The notes under the pieces: model-generated
What the model saw: the letters and a program-made list of their open reading frames with translations, nothing else
Database searches by the model: none
Told to the model about the DNA's origin: nothing
Translations under genes and position numbers: made by a program
Part shown: positions 1 to 11,387 of the stretch, one piece after another
Numbering within the stretch: the stretch's first letter is position 1
Layout: every line of letters begins with the position of its first letter
Assembly (NCBI GenBank): GCA_963614875.1
Contig: CAVEFC010000002.1
Coordinates: 4,042-68,041, forward strand
DNA length: 64,000 bases
Origin: an uncultured Eubacteriales bacterium
GTDB taxonomy: Bacteria; Bacillota; Clostridia; Oscillospirales; CAG-272
Direction: 5' to 3'

Positions 1-526
1 CCTCCTTTATGCCCATTTCGTGAACGTAGTGTCCGGCTTTCGTATGATAATTTGCGTGAAATCCTCCGATAATGCACGAAACCGGCTCGGAAAGAGAGCC
101 GTAAAAATAAGCGTCGCTGCTGTAAGGAAGCAGGCAGTCAAGCTCCATTACTTCGTGCGGGATAACGACATAGGTGGCGTCGCCGCCGATATATTTATAC
201 GAATATCCGGGCGAGGCAAGACTGCCCTTGTAGTTGAGTGCCGGCTGAATGACGAATTCATCTCCCTCTTTGTATTTGCTTTGCCATTTTGCGCCGACTT
301 TTACTATTTTGCCGCAGAATTCGTGACCGACAATAACGGGATTTTCGGCGATATCGTCCGGAACGCGCTTGTGCGCCGTCCCCTGATCCGCCGCCTTGTG
401 AGTGGACATACAGATACTGTCCGATATGATGTGGGCGAGTATTTCATCGTCCTTTATTTCGGGGAGCTCGAATTCCTCAAGCCTTAAATCGTTTACTCCG
501 TAAAGTCTTACAGCCTTTGTTTTCAT
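1..526 (-). CDS. Zinc-dependent alcohol/polyol dehydrogenase (MDR family), N-terminal part; the 3' end runs off the window
   Basis: Reverse-strand translation from ATG (complement of 524-526) gives MKTKAVRLYGVNDLRLEEFELPEIKDDEILAHIISDSICMSTHKAA...NPVIVGHEFCGKIVKVG. It contains the GHExxG zinc-ADH signature. It is absent from the ORF track because no stop codon falls inside the window. Confidence 0.8.
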   Translation of the reverse strand, partial: MKTKAVRLYGVNDLRLEEFELPEIKDDEILAHIISDSICMSTHKAADQGTAHKRVPDDIAENPVIVGHEFCGKIVKVGAKWQSKYKEGDEFVIQPALNYKGSLASPGYSYKYIGGDATYVVIPHEVMELDCLLPYSSDAYFYGSLSEPVSCIIGGFHANYHTKAGHYVHEMGIKE

Positions 527-596
527 TGTATTCTCTTTCCCGACGGTTTTTATTTTTGTCGCCGCGCATACCGTCGAATGCGTCGGACGGTTTTTT

Positions 597-839
597 TCAG
601 TTTTTGCGGAATTTATTTCTCAGCCTGTCCATAACGCTTTTCGCGCGCAGACGCTGCGCTTCCGTTTCCTCCGCGAGAAAACGGGCGTCCGTTACCCTGC
701 CGCCTGAGAGAGTTATATCGAGAATGTCACATTCGTGCACTTCAAACGGGATATCGCCCGCGGGTACGTTCAAGACCTCTCCTCCGTCGCTCATGCACAC
801 AAAAAAGCCTTCTTCCTTCCTGTCGACAGTAACTTTCAC
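597..839 (-). CDS. Small DUF3006-like protein (80 aa)
   Basis: MKVTVDRKEEGFFVCMSDGGEVLNVPAGDIP...EETEAQRLRAKSVMDRL. The N-terminal beta-rich half and C-terminal charged helix match the pattern I recall for DUF3006. Assigned from memory only. Confidence 0.55.
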   Translation of the reverse strand: MKVTVDRKEEGFFVCMSDGGEVLNVPAGDIPFEVHECDILDITLSGGRVTDARFLAEETEAQRLRAKSVMDRLRNKFRKN

Positions 840-977
840 AAAATACCTCCTCTTACAGCGCTTTCATTTAAGCATTTTGACAAATACCATTATATTATAT
901 ATCGAAAAAATATTCAACACAAATTTCAAAATAAATCTGTTAAATAAAAAAGTTTTGTGATATACTTAAAAATATGA

Positions 978-3008
<2,031 letters not shown>

Positions 3009-3028
3009 ACGGCAGAAAGGATAAACAT

Positions 3029-4309
3029 ATGGCAGATTTTTATGATCATGTGAAGATATACGTCAAAGCCGGAAACGGCGGAAACGGCTGTATTTCTTTT
3101 CACAGAGAAAAATATATTTCGCACGGAGGGCCGGACGGCGGCGACGGCGGGAACGGCGGCAACATAGTTCTTGTTATAGAAAAGGGCAAAAACACCCTGC
3201 TTGACTTCCGCAACAGAAAAAAATACGTCGCGGAAAACGGCGGCGACGGTATGAAGTCGAAATTTCACGGGGCCAACGCTCCGGATCTTATAATTCCCGT
3301 TCCGGAGGGAACTGTCGTAAAGGACGCAAAAACCGGAAAAATAATAAAGGATATGAGCTGCTGCGAGCCGTTTGTGCTTTGCAGAGGCGGACGCGGCGGC
3401 TGGGGAAACCGTCATTTTGCGACGCCCACCCGTCAGGCTCCGCGCTTTGCGAAAACGGGGCGCGAGGGCGAGGAACGCGAGGTTCTGCTTGAGCTTAAAA
3501 TGCTTGCCGACGTCGGCTTTGTCGGGCTTCCCAGCGTGGGAAAATCGACCTTGCTTTCGGTTATCAGCGCGGCAAGACCGAAGATTGCGGCGTATCATTT
3601 CACAACGCTTTCCCCCATGCTCGGAGTTGTTTCCGTCGGCGATGGAAAGGGCTTTGTTGCGGCGGACATCCCGGGACTTATAGAGGGCGCGTCGGAGGGA
3701 CTCGGGCTCGGCTTCGATTTTCTTCGCCATGTTGACAGATGCCGTCTGCTCGTTCACGTCGTCGATATTTCCGCTTCCGAGGGGCGCGATCCGACAGGCG
3801 ATCTTATAACGATAAACACCGAGCTTGAAAAATACAGTGCGGAGCTTGCCTCTCGTCCGCAGATAATCGCGGCGAACAAGTGCGATATTCTTGACCGTGA
3901 GCTTGTCGATATTCCGAGGTTTGAAAAATTCTGTGCGGATCACGGCTATGAGATAGTTTACATCAGCGCGGCGACGGGCGAGGGTATAACCGAGCTTCTG
4001 CACAAAATCTATGACAGATTGCAGACGCTTCCGCCCGTTACGGTCTACGAGCCTGAATACGAGGAAGAGCTTGCGGCAGAGCTTGTTCCGACGGATATCA
4101 CCGCCCGCAAGGAAGACGGGGTATGGTTTGTCGAGGGTGCGTGGCTTCGCAGGCTTATGGAGGGCATAAACCTTGACGACCGCGAGTCTATGAATTATTT
4201 CGACAGGACGCTCCGTCAGAACGGCATTTACGATAAAATGCGCGAGCTCGGTATCTCCGACGGCGACGTCGTCAATCTCTACGATCTCGAATTTGATTTC
4301 GTTGACTGA
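3029..4309 (+). CDS. obg: GTPase Obg/CgtA
   Basis: Glycine-rich Obg fold (GGNGGNGC..GGDGGNGG), G1 motif GLPSVGKST, G3 DIPGLIEGA, G4 NKCD, and a C-terminal OCT-like domain. Confidence 0.95.
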   Translation: MADFYDHVKIYVKAGNGGNGCISFHREKYISHGGPDGGDGGNGGNIVLVIEKGKNTLLDFRNRKKYVAENGGDGMKSKFHGANAPDLIIPVPEGTVVKDAKTGKIIKDMSCCEPFVLCRGGRGGWGNRHFATPTRQAPRFAKTGREGEEREVLLELKMLADVGFVGLPSVGKSTLLSVISAARPKIAAYHFTTLSPMLGVVSVGDGKGFVAADIPGLIEGASEGLGLGFDFLRHVDRCRLLVHVVDISASEGRDPTGDLITINTELEKYSAELASRPQIIAANKCDILDRELVDIPRFEKFCADHGYEIVYISAATGEGITELLHKIYDRLQTLPPVTVYEPEYEEELAAELVPTDITARKEDGVWFVEGAWLRRLMEGINLDDRESMNYFDRTLRQNGIYDKMRELGISDGDVVNLYDLEFDFVD

Positions 4310-4310
4310 C

Positions 4311-4367
4311 CTTCTTTTCTTCGAGAAGAAAAGAAGGCACCGTACTTTTCTTTGGAAAAGAAAAGTA
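4311..4367. repeat. Two adjacent, mutually similar palindromic hairpins immediately after the obg stop codon
   Basis: Hairpin 1 is CTTCTTTTCTTC-GA-GAAGAAAAGAAG (4311-4336). Hairpin 2 is TACTTTTCTTT-GGA-AAAGAAAAGTA (4343-4367). They may act as a terminator, but no classical U-tract follows. Confidence 0.7.
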
Positions 4368-4368
4368 G

Positions 4369-4604
4369 GCAAAAGAAACTTCAGTTATCGTGGACGATAT
4401 GCAGATTTTTTAATACCTGCGCAGACGGAGCTTATTAAAAAAGCAAAAGAAGCTTCGGTTATCGGGGGCGATATGCAGATTTTTTAATACCTGCGCAGAC
4501 GGAGCTTATTAAAAAAGCAAAAGAAACTTCAATTATCGGGGACGATATACAGAGTTTTTAATATCTGCGCAGACGGAATTTATTAAAAAGCAAAAAACTT
4601 CGGT
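4369..4604. repeat. Tandem direct repeat, 74-bp unit, about 3.2 copies, non-coding
   Basis: Units start at 4369, 4443 and 4517 (73 bp), with a partial unit at 4590. Copies 1 and 2 differ at 4 of 74 positions. Copy 3 is more diverged. Each unit contains the palindromic octamer CTGCGCAG. Confidence 0.9.
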
Positions 4605-4657
4605 AAATTGGTTTATGCGTTTGTATTTGTGAAACAATCTTCATTTCGGAGGTTTTT

Positions 4658-5398
4658 ATGGAAAAGAAATATGCCGTTGTTACGGGCGGTTCGCGCGGGA
4701 TAGGCGCGGAAATCGTGCGCGAGCTTTGTCGCGCCGGATGCGACGTTATAGTAAATTACAGGTCGTCTGCGGAAAAAGCCGAGGAGCTTTGCCGGAAAAC
4801 AGCGGCAGATGGCTCCGGCAGGGCGATACCCTTCTGCGCGGACATTTCGCAATCTTCGGAGGCAAGGCGGCTTATTTCAAAGGCGATAATGGAATTCGGC
4901 AGGATAGACATACTTGTAAACAACTCCGGAGTTTCAAGCCCGAAAACTTTGCTTGATACGGACGACGACGAGCTTGAAAGAGTTATGGGCACAAATTTTT
5001 ACGGCACGTTTTTCTGTACGCGCGCGGCGGCCCGCGAAATGATAAATTCCGGCTGCGGCGGGGCGATTATAAATATTTCATCAATGTGGGGAATATGCGG
5101 CGCGTCGGGGGAAGCGGTATATTCGGCGTCGAAGGCGGCGGTGATAAATCTTACAAAATCGCTTGCAAAGGAGCTTGCTCCGGAAAAAATTCTTGTAAAC
5201 TGCATAGCTCCGGGTGTTATAAACACGGATATGAACTCCTGCTATGACGCGCAGACAATGGATGAGCTGAAAAAAAGAACGCCGCTCGGAAGGCTCGGCG
5301 AGCCTTGCGATGTGGCGCGTGCGGTAAGATTTTTATCGCTTGAAAATACATTTATCACGGGGCAGACGCTCTGCGTCGACGGCGGATTTATTCTCTGA
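4658..5398 (+). CDS. Short-chain dehydrogenase/reductase, FabG-like (3-oxoacyl-ACP reductase family)
   Basis: TGGSRGIG cofactor motif, NNSG, and the catalytic YSASK motif. 246 aa. Confidence 0.85.
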   Translation: MEKKYAVVTGGSRGIGAEIVRELCRAGCDVIVNYRSSAEKAEELCRKTAADGSGRAIPFCADISQSSEARRLISKAIMEFGRIDILVNNSGVSSPKTLLDTDDDELERVMGTNFYGTFFCTRAAAREMINSGCGGAIINISSMWGICGASGEAVYSASKAAVINLTKSLAKELAPEKILVNCIAPGVINTDMNSCYDAQTMDELKKRTPLGRLGEPCDVARAVRFLSLENTFITGQTLCVDGGFIL

Positions 5399-5400
5399 AA

Positions 5401-5724
5401 TTATCTGTAATAGACGTAATAGCAGATTATGGTGCGGATTTTCCCTCCGCTTTCGATATCGGGGGCGGTGATTATAACGCCTTCGAGCGACATAAGCTCG
5501 GATACAGACATTTCTTCTATATTGCAGCGGAAGATAACGCGGTTGTCCGCGGAAACTATAAGCTGACCGTCACGGACGTTGAAGCCGCCGTTTTTTCCTA
5601 TTACGGAATCGGTGTCTCCGTCGCGCTCGGTGGCGTAGCGCAATCGGTTGCGAACCATTTTTTCAGCCATTTCAAGCTTGAAGGAAAGCTTCTCCTCCGT
5701 TTTTTTGCGTTTGAAAAGGGACAT
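5401..5724 (-). CDS. Hypothetical protein (107 aa)
   Basis: ORF with AGAGAGG 8 nt upstream of the ATG (complement of 5722-5724). I recognise no family. The track start at 5733 is a GTG inside the RBS. Confidence 0.5.
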   Translation of the reverse strand: MSLFKRKKTEEKLSFKLEMAEKMVRNRLRYATERDGDTDSVIGKNGGFNVRDGQLIVSADNRVIFRCNIEEMSVSELMSLEGVIITAPDIESGGKIRTIICYYVYYR

Positions 5725-5915
5725 AATTTTCACCTCTCTTTGCTTTATGATATCATAATTTTATATAAAAACAAAGAAAAATTCAAAAAAATCGGTCGAT
5801 TTTCAAAAATACTCTTTATTATTTATGAAACTGATGATAAAATATCATTACATCCGTGAGATTTTATAGCATTGAATCCGACTAATATATAAACTCTATT
5901 TTTGCGAGGTAAAAA

Positions 5916-8900
5916 ATGAGCATTGAACAGAATACCATCAAAGAAAATAAGAATTTCTTTGTGCGAACGTGGCTCCGCATAAAGACAAGCGAGTACACAT
6001 ATCTTGCCGCGGCATTTCTTCTTCCGTTTGTTATAATGGCGGGAGTTTTTGCCTGTATGGAATTTCATCCGTTCGGCAACAGCTCGATACTTACTCTTGA
6101 TTTTCAGGCGCAGTACATTTATTACTATGAAGAAATACGCAATCTGCTTGTTCACGGCGGAAGCTGGCTTTATTCATGGAAGCGCACGCTCGGCGGCGAA
6201 TTTATGGGCATCGTGGCGTATTATATGGGAAGCCCGTTCAATCTGTTGCTGGTGCTTTTCCCGAAGAAAAATATCGTTGACGCCGTAACGTTCATTCAGC
6301 TCTGCAAAATAGGCACGATGGGACTCAACTTCGGCATATATCTGCACAAAACGCGCAGGCTCGGACAGATGAGAACCCTTGCCCTTTCGATGATGTACGC
6401 GCTCTGCGCCTATTCCGTGGTTCAGACGATAGACCCGATGTGGCTTGACGCGCTTGTTTTCCTGCCGCTTCTTATTCTCGGCACGGAATCGCTTATCCGC
6501 AGAAAAAAGGTTATACTTTATATAATTTCTCTTTCGGTTATATTCATTTCCAATTACTATATGGGATATATGTGCGGAATTTTCACGTTCCTTTATTTCT
6601 GCTACTATTACTGCACCATCCGCCCCGAAATATACAGGGGCGAAAGAAGATTTTTCCGCACCGTAGGCTTCAGAACCTTTATGCGTTTTGCATTCAGCAC
6701 GGCGCTTGCGCTCGGAATATCGGCGTTTATGCTTTACGGAGCGTGGTATTCGCTTGGCTTCGGCAAGATAGGCTTTGCCTCGACAGACTTTTCGCTCTCG
6801 CTCAGATTCGATTATCTCGATCTTGTGATAAAGCTTCTTCCCGGCACTTACGATTCGGTAAACCGCGCCGGCGAGCCTATGATATACTGCGGCGCGCTCG
6901 CGCTTATGTGCATACCGCTGTTTTACCTTTCAAAATCCATACCCAAGCGTCAGAAAATAGCCGCAACGGCTATGCTCGCGGTGCTTGTCGCAAGCTTTAC
7001 CGTAAACACACTTGACCTTGTATGGCACGGATTTTCAACTCCGAACTGGCTCAATTACAGATATTCCTACGTTTTCTCGTTCTTTATACTCACAATGGCT
7101 GCCGACGCCATAAAGGGACTCGGAAAGATAAAGCTTTCGCACATTGTGGCTACCGGAGTTTCGTTTGCCGTACTCGTTCTTATAATTCAGAAGCTGAATA
7201 TCAACTTCCAGCAGGGCGACAACAGTATTCCGCTTTCGTCTGCGGGATGTATAATGTTCTCGCTTATAGTCATCGCGCTTTATACGGTGATACTCAAGTT
7301 TATCCGCGACAAAAAAACCACGGAAGCCGCGGCGTTCGTTTTGGCGGCTGTCGTGTGCGTGGAAATGTTTGTGGCGTCGCTTCTCAGCGTTGTCGGCGTT
7401 CAGAGCGAGGTCGGCGTTACGAAATACAACGACTATCTTGACTCGAACGGCCAGGAGGTTTACAGCTCCTATAACGGAAGCATACAGAGAATTCAGGGCG
7501 TTGTGGACAAAATTCTCGAAAGCGACAAGAGCTTTTACCGTATGGAAAGCACCGTTTACCGCAAAAACGGCGGCGTAAACGAGCCTATGGCATACGGCTT
7601 CAACGGAATTTCACACTCGACCTCAACTCTCAACGCAAATATCATAAGAATGATGGCGAGAATGGGCTATTCGTCCGAATCGCACTGGACAAAATATCTC
7701 GGCGGAACGCCCGTATCCGATGCGCTCCTCGGAATAAAATACGTTATAACGAAAAACGACACGCTTGACGGAAATATTTACAAAATCGCGGCGCAGGGCG
7801 AGGAAGGCTACCAGATAGTCAAGTCGGACAATATAATTTACGCAATGCAGAACACAAAGGCGCTTTCCGTAGCCTACGGCGTAAGCGAAAACGTCATAAC
7901 CGATATGAACGAGCTTACCTATCCGCCTTATATTTCCGGAATAGATTATCAGGACAGACTTATCAAATCAATGCTTTCCGAAAGCGGCGTTTCGGGCGAG
8001 GTTTTCAAAGGAATAACCGCTTCGATGAGCTCAGAGGACTGCACGCGCTCGACCTTCAACCAGACGCACAAATACACGGTTGACGGCGAGGAAAAGGAGG
8101 TTCAGAACCCGTATTACTGCTTTGAGAAAAAGCAGGACGGCGCAAAGGCTCTGCTCGACTTTACAATGCCTGCGGACGGTCCGGTATATTTCCATTTCAC
8201 TGCGGCAAACTTCGGCAAGACGTTCAAAGTATATGTAAAGAAAAACAGCGAATCCGCAAAGTTCGTTTCAGATTATTTCGGGCTTGAAACCTCCTGCATT
8301 ATGAAGCTCGGCGATTTCAAAAAGGGCGATACCGTAACGGTTGAGCTCAGACTTGACGACGACGCGCTTTATATTTCAAAGGAGTCGAAATATTTCTTCT
8401 ATTATATAGATTATACGGCGCTGACAGAGGCATTCGATCAGCTTTCGTCCGCCGAAATGCTTATAGAGGATTACGGAAACGATTACCTCAAGGGCACGAT
8501 AGATCAGCCCACAGGTCAGGAGCTTATCTTTACTTCCATTCCTTACGATGCGGGCTGGAACGTATATATAGACGGAGAAAAAGCCGAAACGCTTATGGTC
8601 TGCGATTCGCTCCTTGCCGTAAAATCGACAGCGGGATATCACGAAATAGAGTTCAGATATATGCCGAAGGGCTATGTTGCGGCTATAATTCTTACCGTTG
8701 TTTCGGTGCTGATAATGATATGCTTTATCATATATGTAAAGGTTGAAAAAGTAAGACGCTTTGTTTATGCCAAGCTCGGAAAGAAATATGTTCCTTACGG
8801 AGTTTCCGGCGATATGATATTCCCGACGGAAAACGTTCCCGACGAGCCGGACGTTTCGGAGGAGAAAGCTCCGGCTGTGAATATGACAAAAGAGCCTGCC

Positions 8901-8975
8901 GAAACCGAAAGCACGGCTGTCGCGGCGGAAGAAACGGAGATCGGAAATTCCGAAGATACGGAAGAAGACAAATAA
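5916..8975 (+). CDS. YfhO-family polytopic membrane protein (putative glycosyltransferase) with an acidic C-terminal tail
   Basis: 1019 aa with many TM segments. The N-terminal region (PFGNSSILTLDFQAQYIYYYEE...WKRTLGGEFMG...GSPFNLL) is typical of YfhO. A large extracytoplasmic domain and a terminal TM are followed by a tail rich in E, D and T. Confidence 0.75.
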   Translation: MSIEQNTIKENKNFFVRTWLRIKTSEYTYLAAAFLLPFVIMAGVFACMEFHPFGNSSILTLDFQAQYIYYYEEIRNLLVHGGSWLYSWKRTLGGEFMGIVAYYMGSPFNLLLVLFPKKNIVDAVTFIQLCKIGTMGLNFGIYLHKTRRLGQMRTLALSMMYALCAYSVVQTIDPMWLDALVFLPLLILGTESLIRRKKVILYIISLSVIFISNYYMGYMCGIFTFLYFCYYYCTIRPEIYRGERRFFRTVGFRTFMRFAFSTALALGISAFMLYGAWYSLGFGKIGFASTDFSLSLRFDYLDLVIKLLPGTYDSVNRAGEPMIYCGALALMCIPLFYLSKSIPKRQKIAATAMLAVLVASFTVNTLDLVWHGFSTPNWLNYRYSYVFSFFILTMAADAIKGLGKIKLSHIVATGVSFAVLVLIIQKLNINFQQGDNSIPLSSAGCIMFSLIVIALYTVILKFIRDKKTTEAAAFVLAAVVCVEMFVASLLSVVGVQSEVGVTKYNDYLDSNGQEVYSSYNGSIQRIQGVVDKILESDKSFYRMESTVYRKNGGVNEPMAYGFNGISHSTSTLNANIIRMMARMGYSSESHWTKYLGGTPVSDALLGIKYVITKNDTLDGNIYKIAAQGEEGYQIVKSDNIIYAMQNTKALSVAYGVSENVITDMNELTYPPYISGIDYQDRLIKSMLSESGVSGEVFKGITASMSSEDCTRSTFNQTHKYTVDGEEKEVQNPYYCFEKKQDGAKALLDFTMPADGPVYFHFTAANFGKTFKVYVKKNSESAKFVSDYFGLETSCIMKLGDFKKGDTVTVELRLDDDALYISKESKYFFYYIDYTALTEAFDQLSSAEMLIEDYGNDYLKGTIDQPTGQELIFTSIPYDAGWNVYIDGEKAETLMVCDSLLAVKSTAGYHEIEFRYMPKGYVAAIILTVVSVLIMICFIIYVKVEKVRRFVYAKLGKKYVPYGVSGDMIFPTENVPDEPDVSEEKAPAVNMTKEPAETESTAVAAEETEIGNSEDTEEDK

Positions 8976-9035
8976 AAAATCAAACAGATCGGGGGAGGAA
9001 ACTTTCCCGATTCGTTTTTGATGAAAGAGGACAAA

Positions 9036-10775
9036 ATGGCGTTTGACGTTATATTTGCGACGGCTGTCGCGCACGAGCTTGACTCTGTTTTGCGCGGAGC
9101 AAGGGTGGAAAAGGTCTATCAGCCGTCAAAGGAAGAAATACTGCTTTTCTGCCGCGTCGGCAGGGAAACGAAAAAGCTGATAATTTCGGCTTGCCCATCG
9201 TCCGCAAGGGTGTGCTTTACCGATTCTCAGGCGGAAAATCCGGCTGCGCCTCCGATGCTGTGTATGCTTTTGCGCAAGCATCTTTCGGGCGCGCAGATAG
9301 AAGAGGTCGGCACGGTCGGCTTCGAGCGTGCGATAAAGATAAGCTTTTTCTGTCACGACGAGCTCGGCTTCGAGTGCAGAAGATATATCATAGCGGAAAT
9401 AATGGGCAAATACAGCAACATTGTTTTTGCCGGCGACGACGGCGGAAAAATGAAAATCCTCGGCGTGACAAAGCCTGTCGATTTTACGACAAGCCGCGTG
9501 CGTCAGGTGCTTCCCGGAATGATTTACGAGGCTCCGCCTCCGCAGGAGAAGCTTGATCCGCTTAAAGAAACTTACGAAGGCTTTATTTCGAGATTTGAAA
9601 ACTATCCCGCCGGAAAGGACGCTGACAGATTTTTTATCGACACCTATCTCGGCTTTTCGCCGGTCGTCGCGCGCGAGCTTGTTCACAGAGCGGGCGCTTC
9701 CGGAAAAAGTGTGGCGGAAACGGATCCCGAAAGGCTTTACCGTGCGTTTTCCGCGCTGACGGAGGACGTGAAAAACGGAAGCTTCGTGCCATATATGGTG
9801 CTTGGAAACGGCGGCGAGCCGGAGGAATTTTCGTACACGGAGATAACGTATCTGTCGGGAGTGGGCAAAAGATACGAAAGCTTTTCGGAGCTTCTTTCGG
9901 CGTTTTACGGCAAAAAGGCGGAAGCCGAAGCCCTGAAAAACCGTATCGGCGCGACGGAAGCGCTTTTGCAGACGGCAAAAAAACGTCTTACAAAAAAGCT
10001 GGACGTTCTTTCCGAGGAGCTTGCGGAATGCGGGGACGCGGATAAATTCAGGCTGTGGGGCGAGCTTATAACGGGATCGCTTTACAGGCTTTCGGGCAAG
10101 GCTAAATTTGCGGAGGTTGAAAATTACTATTCCGATCCTCCGGAAAAAGTAAAAATTCCGCTCGACGAAAAGCTTTCCGCATCGCAGAACGCCGCAAGAT
10201 ACTATAAAAAATACAACAAGCTGAAAACGGCAAAGACAATCGCCTCCGAGCAGGCGGAAAAGGCGCGTGCGGAGCTTGAATATCTGAAAACGGTCGAAGC
10301 GTCGCTTTCGCTTTGCGAATGTGCCGCCGACGTTTCCGAAATAAGAGAAGAGCTGATGAAAACCGGCTATCTGCGCCGTCCGGCACAGACAAAAGGGCAA
10401 AAGCCGAAAAAAACCGAGCCGATGTATTTTCGTACCTCGCTCGGCAGGGAAATAATCTGCGGAAAAAACAACACCCAAAACGATTTTCTTTCAACAAAGC
10501 TTGCCGAAAAAAGCGACTGGTGGTTTCACGTCAAGGGCGGAGCCGGCTCGCACGTTATAATGCGCTGCGAAGCGGATGAAGATCCCGACGCGAAGGATTT
10601 TACGGAAGCGGCAGCGGCAGCGGCATATTTTTCCGACGAAAGAGCTTCGTCAAACGTCGCCGTCGATTACACGAGAGCAAAGTTCGTGAAAAAGCCGTCG
10701 GGCTCTGCGCCCGGGCACGTTATTTATACCGATTATTATACGGCGTATGTAAATCCCGCAAAACCGAAAGGATGA
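9036..10775 (+). CDS. rqcH: Ribosome quality-control factor RqcH (NFACT / fibronectin-binding protein A family)
   Basis: NFACT-N start MAFDVIF...L..ARVEKVYQP, a coiled-coil middle region, and C-terminal NFACT-R/DUF814 (WWFHVKGGAGSHVIM). The ATG at 9036 is preceded by AAAGAGG. Confidence 0.85.
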   Translation: MAFDVIFATAVAHELDSVLRGARVEKVYQPSKEEILLFCRVGRETKKLIISACPSSARVCFTDSQAENPAAPPMLCMLLRKHLSGAQIEEVGTVGFERAIKISFFCHDELGFECRRYIIAEIMGKYSNIVFAGDDGGKMKILGVTKPVDFTTSRVRQVLPGMIYEAPPPQEKLDPLKETYEGFISRFENYPAGKDADRFFIDTYLGFSPVVARELVHRAGASGKSVAETDPERLYRAFSALTEDVKNGSFVPYMVLGNGGEPEEFSYTEITYLSGVGKRYESFSELLSAFYGKKAEAEALKNRIGATEALLQTAKKRLTKKLDVLSEELAECGDADKFRLWGELITGSLYRLSGKAKFAEVENYYSDPPEKVKIPLDEKLSASQNAARYYKKYNKLKTAKTIASEQAEKARAELEYLKTVEASLSLCECAADVSEIREELMKTGYLRRPAQTKGQKPKKTEPMYFRTSLGREIICGKNNTQNDFLSTKLAEKSDWWFHVKGGAGSHVIMRCEADEDPDAKDFTEAAAAAAYFSDERASSNVAVDYTRAKFVKKPSGSAPGHVIYTDYYTAYVNPAKPKG

Positions 10776-11251
10776 AAAATATGACAGATCTTTATATAAA
10801 ACAGCGCGTCTTCACGATAGGCGAAAAATTCACCGTTTACGGCGAGGACGGAAGCGAGCGCTTCTATGTCAGAGGCGAGGCGTTTTCCGTGCCGAAAACG
10901 TTTCATATAAGCGACACAGAGGGAAACGAGCTGGCGGAGATTTCGCACAGGCCTTTCTCCGTGCCCGCAAAATACGACGTTTCGGCGGGCGGCCGCGACG
11001 TGACGGTAGCGAAAAAGCTGACGTTTTTCTGTCCGGTTTATACGGTGGCTGAGCTCGGCTGGAGGATAGACGGCGAATTTATGAGCCACGAATACGAAAT
11101 CACGGACGGTGACGGCACGGTGGCGACCGTATCGAAGGAATGGTTTACCTTCGGCGACGCTTACCGTCTGCGCGTAATGCGCGACAGCGACGTGCTTATG
11201 GCGCTTTGCGTGCTTATTGTTATCGACGCGTACATTGCGGCAAGCAGATGA
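10772..11251 (+). CDS. LURP-one-related / YxjI (Tubby C-terminal-like) family protein
   Basis: LYIKQRVFTIGEKFTVYGEDGSERFYVRGEAFSVPKTFHISDTEGNELAEI... matches the repeating beta-hairpin pattern of the DUF567/YxjI family. Its start overlaps the rqcH stop codon (ATGA). Confidence 0.7.
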   Translation: MKNMTDLYIKQRVFTIGEKFTVYGEDGSERFYVRGEAFSVPKTFHISDTEGNELAEISHRPFSVPAKYDVSAGGRDVTVAKKLTFFCPVYTVAELGWRIDGEFMSHEYEITDGDGTVATVSKEWFTFGDAYRLRVMRDSDVLMALCVLIVIDAYIAASR

Positions 11252-11387
11252 AAAACAAAAAATTTATTTTAAGAATATTTTTTTACAATAAATTTGTTTA
11301 CTTTTCAAAATAAACGTGCTATTATAATAGCTAATGCGAAATATATATAATTTTTATTATATGCAAATAAAAAACGGAGGAAAAAAC

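Noticed and set aside
20-487. 155-aa plus-strand ORF at the left edge
   Set aside because: It is antisense to a convincing minus-strand zinc-ADH reading frame (MKTKAVRLYG...GHEFCG) that runs off the window. The plus-frame product has no recognisable motifs.
4293-4487. 64-aa ORF running through the palindromes and tandem repeats
   Set aside because: The repeat period (74 bp) is out of frame with any coding periodicity. The ORF starts inside obg, has no RBS, and stops by chance in copy 2.
4369-4604. The tandem repeat as a possible CRISPR array
   Set aside because: The units are directly contiguous with no unique spacers. The 74-bp unit is too long, and no cas genes are nearby.
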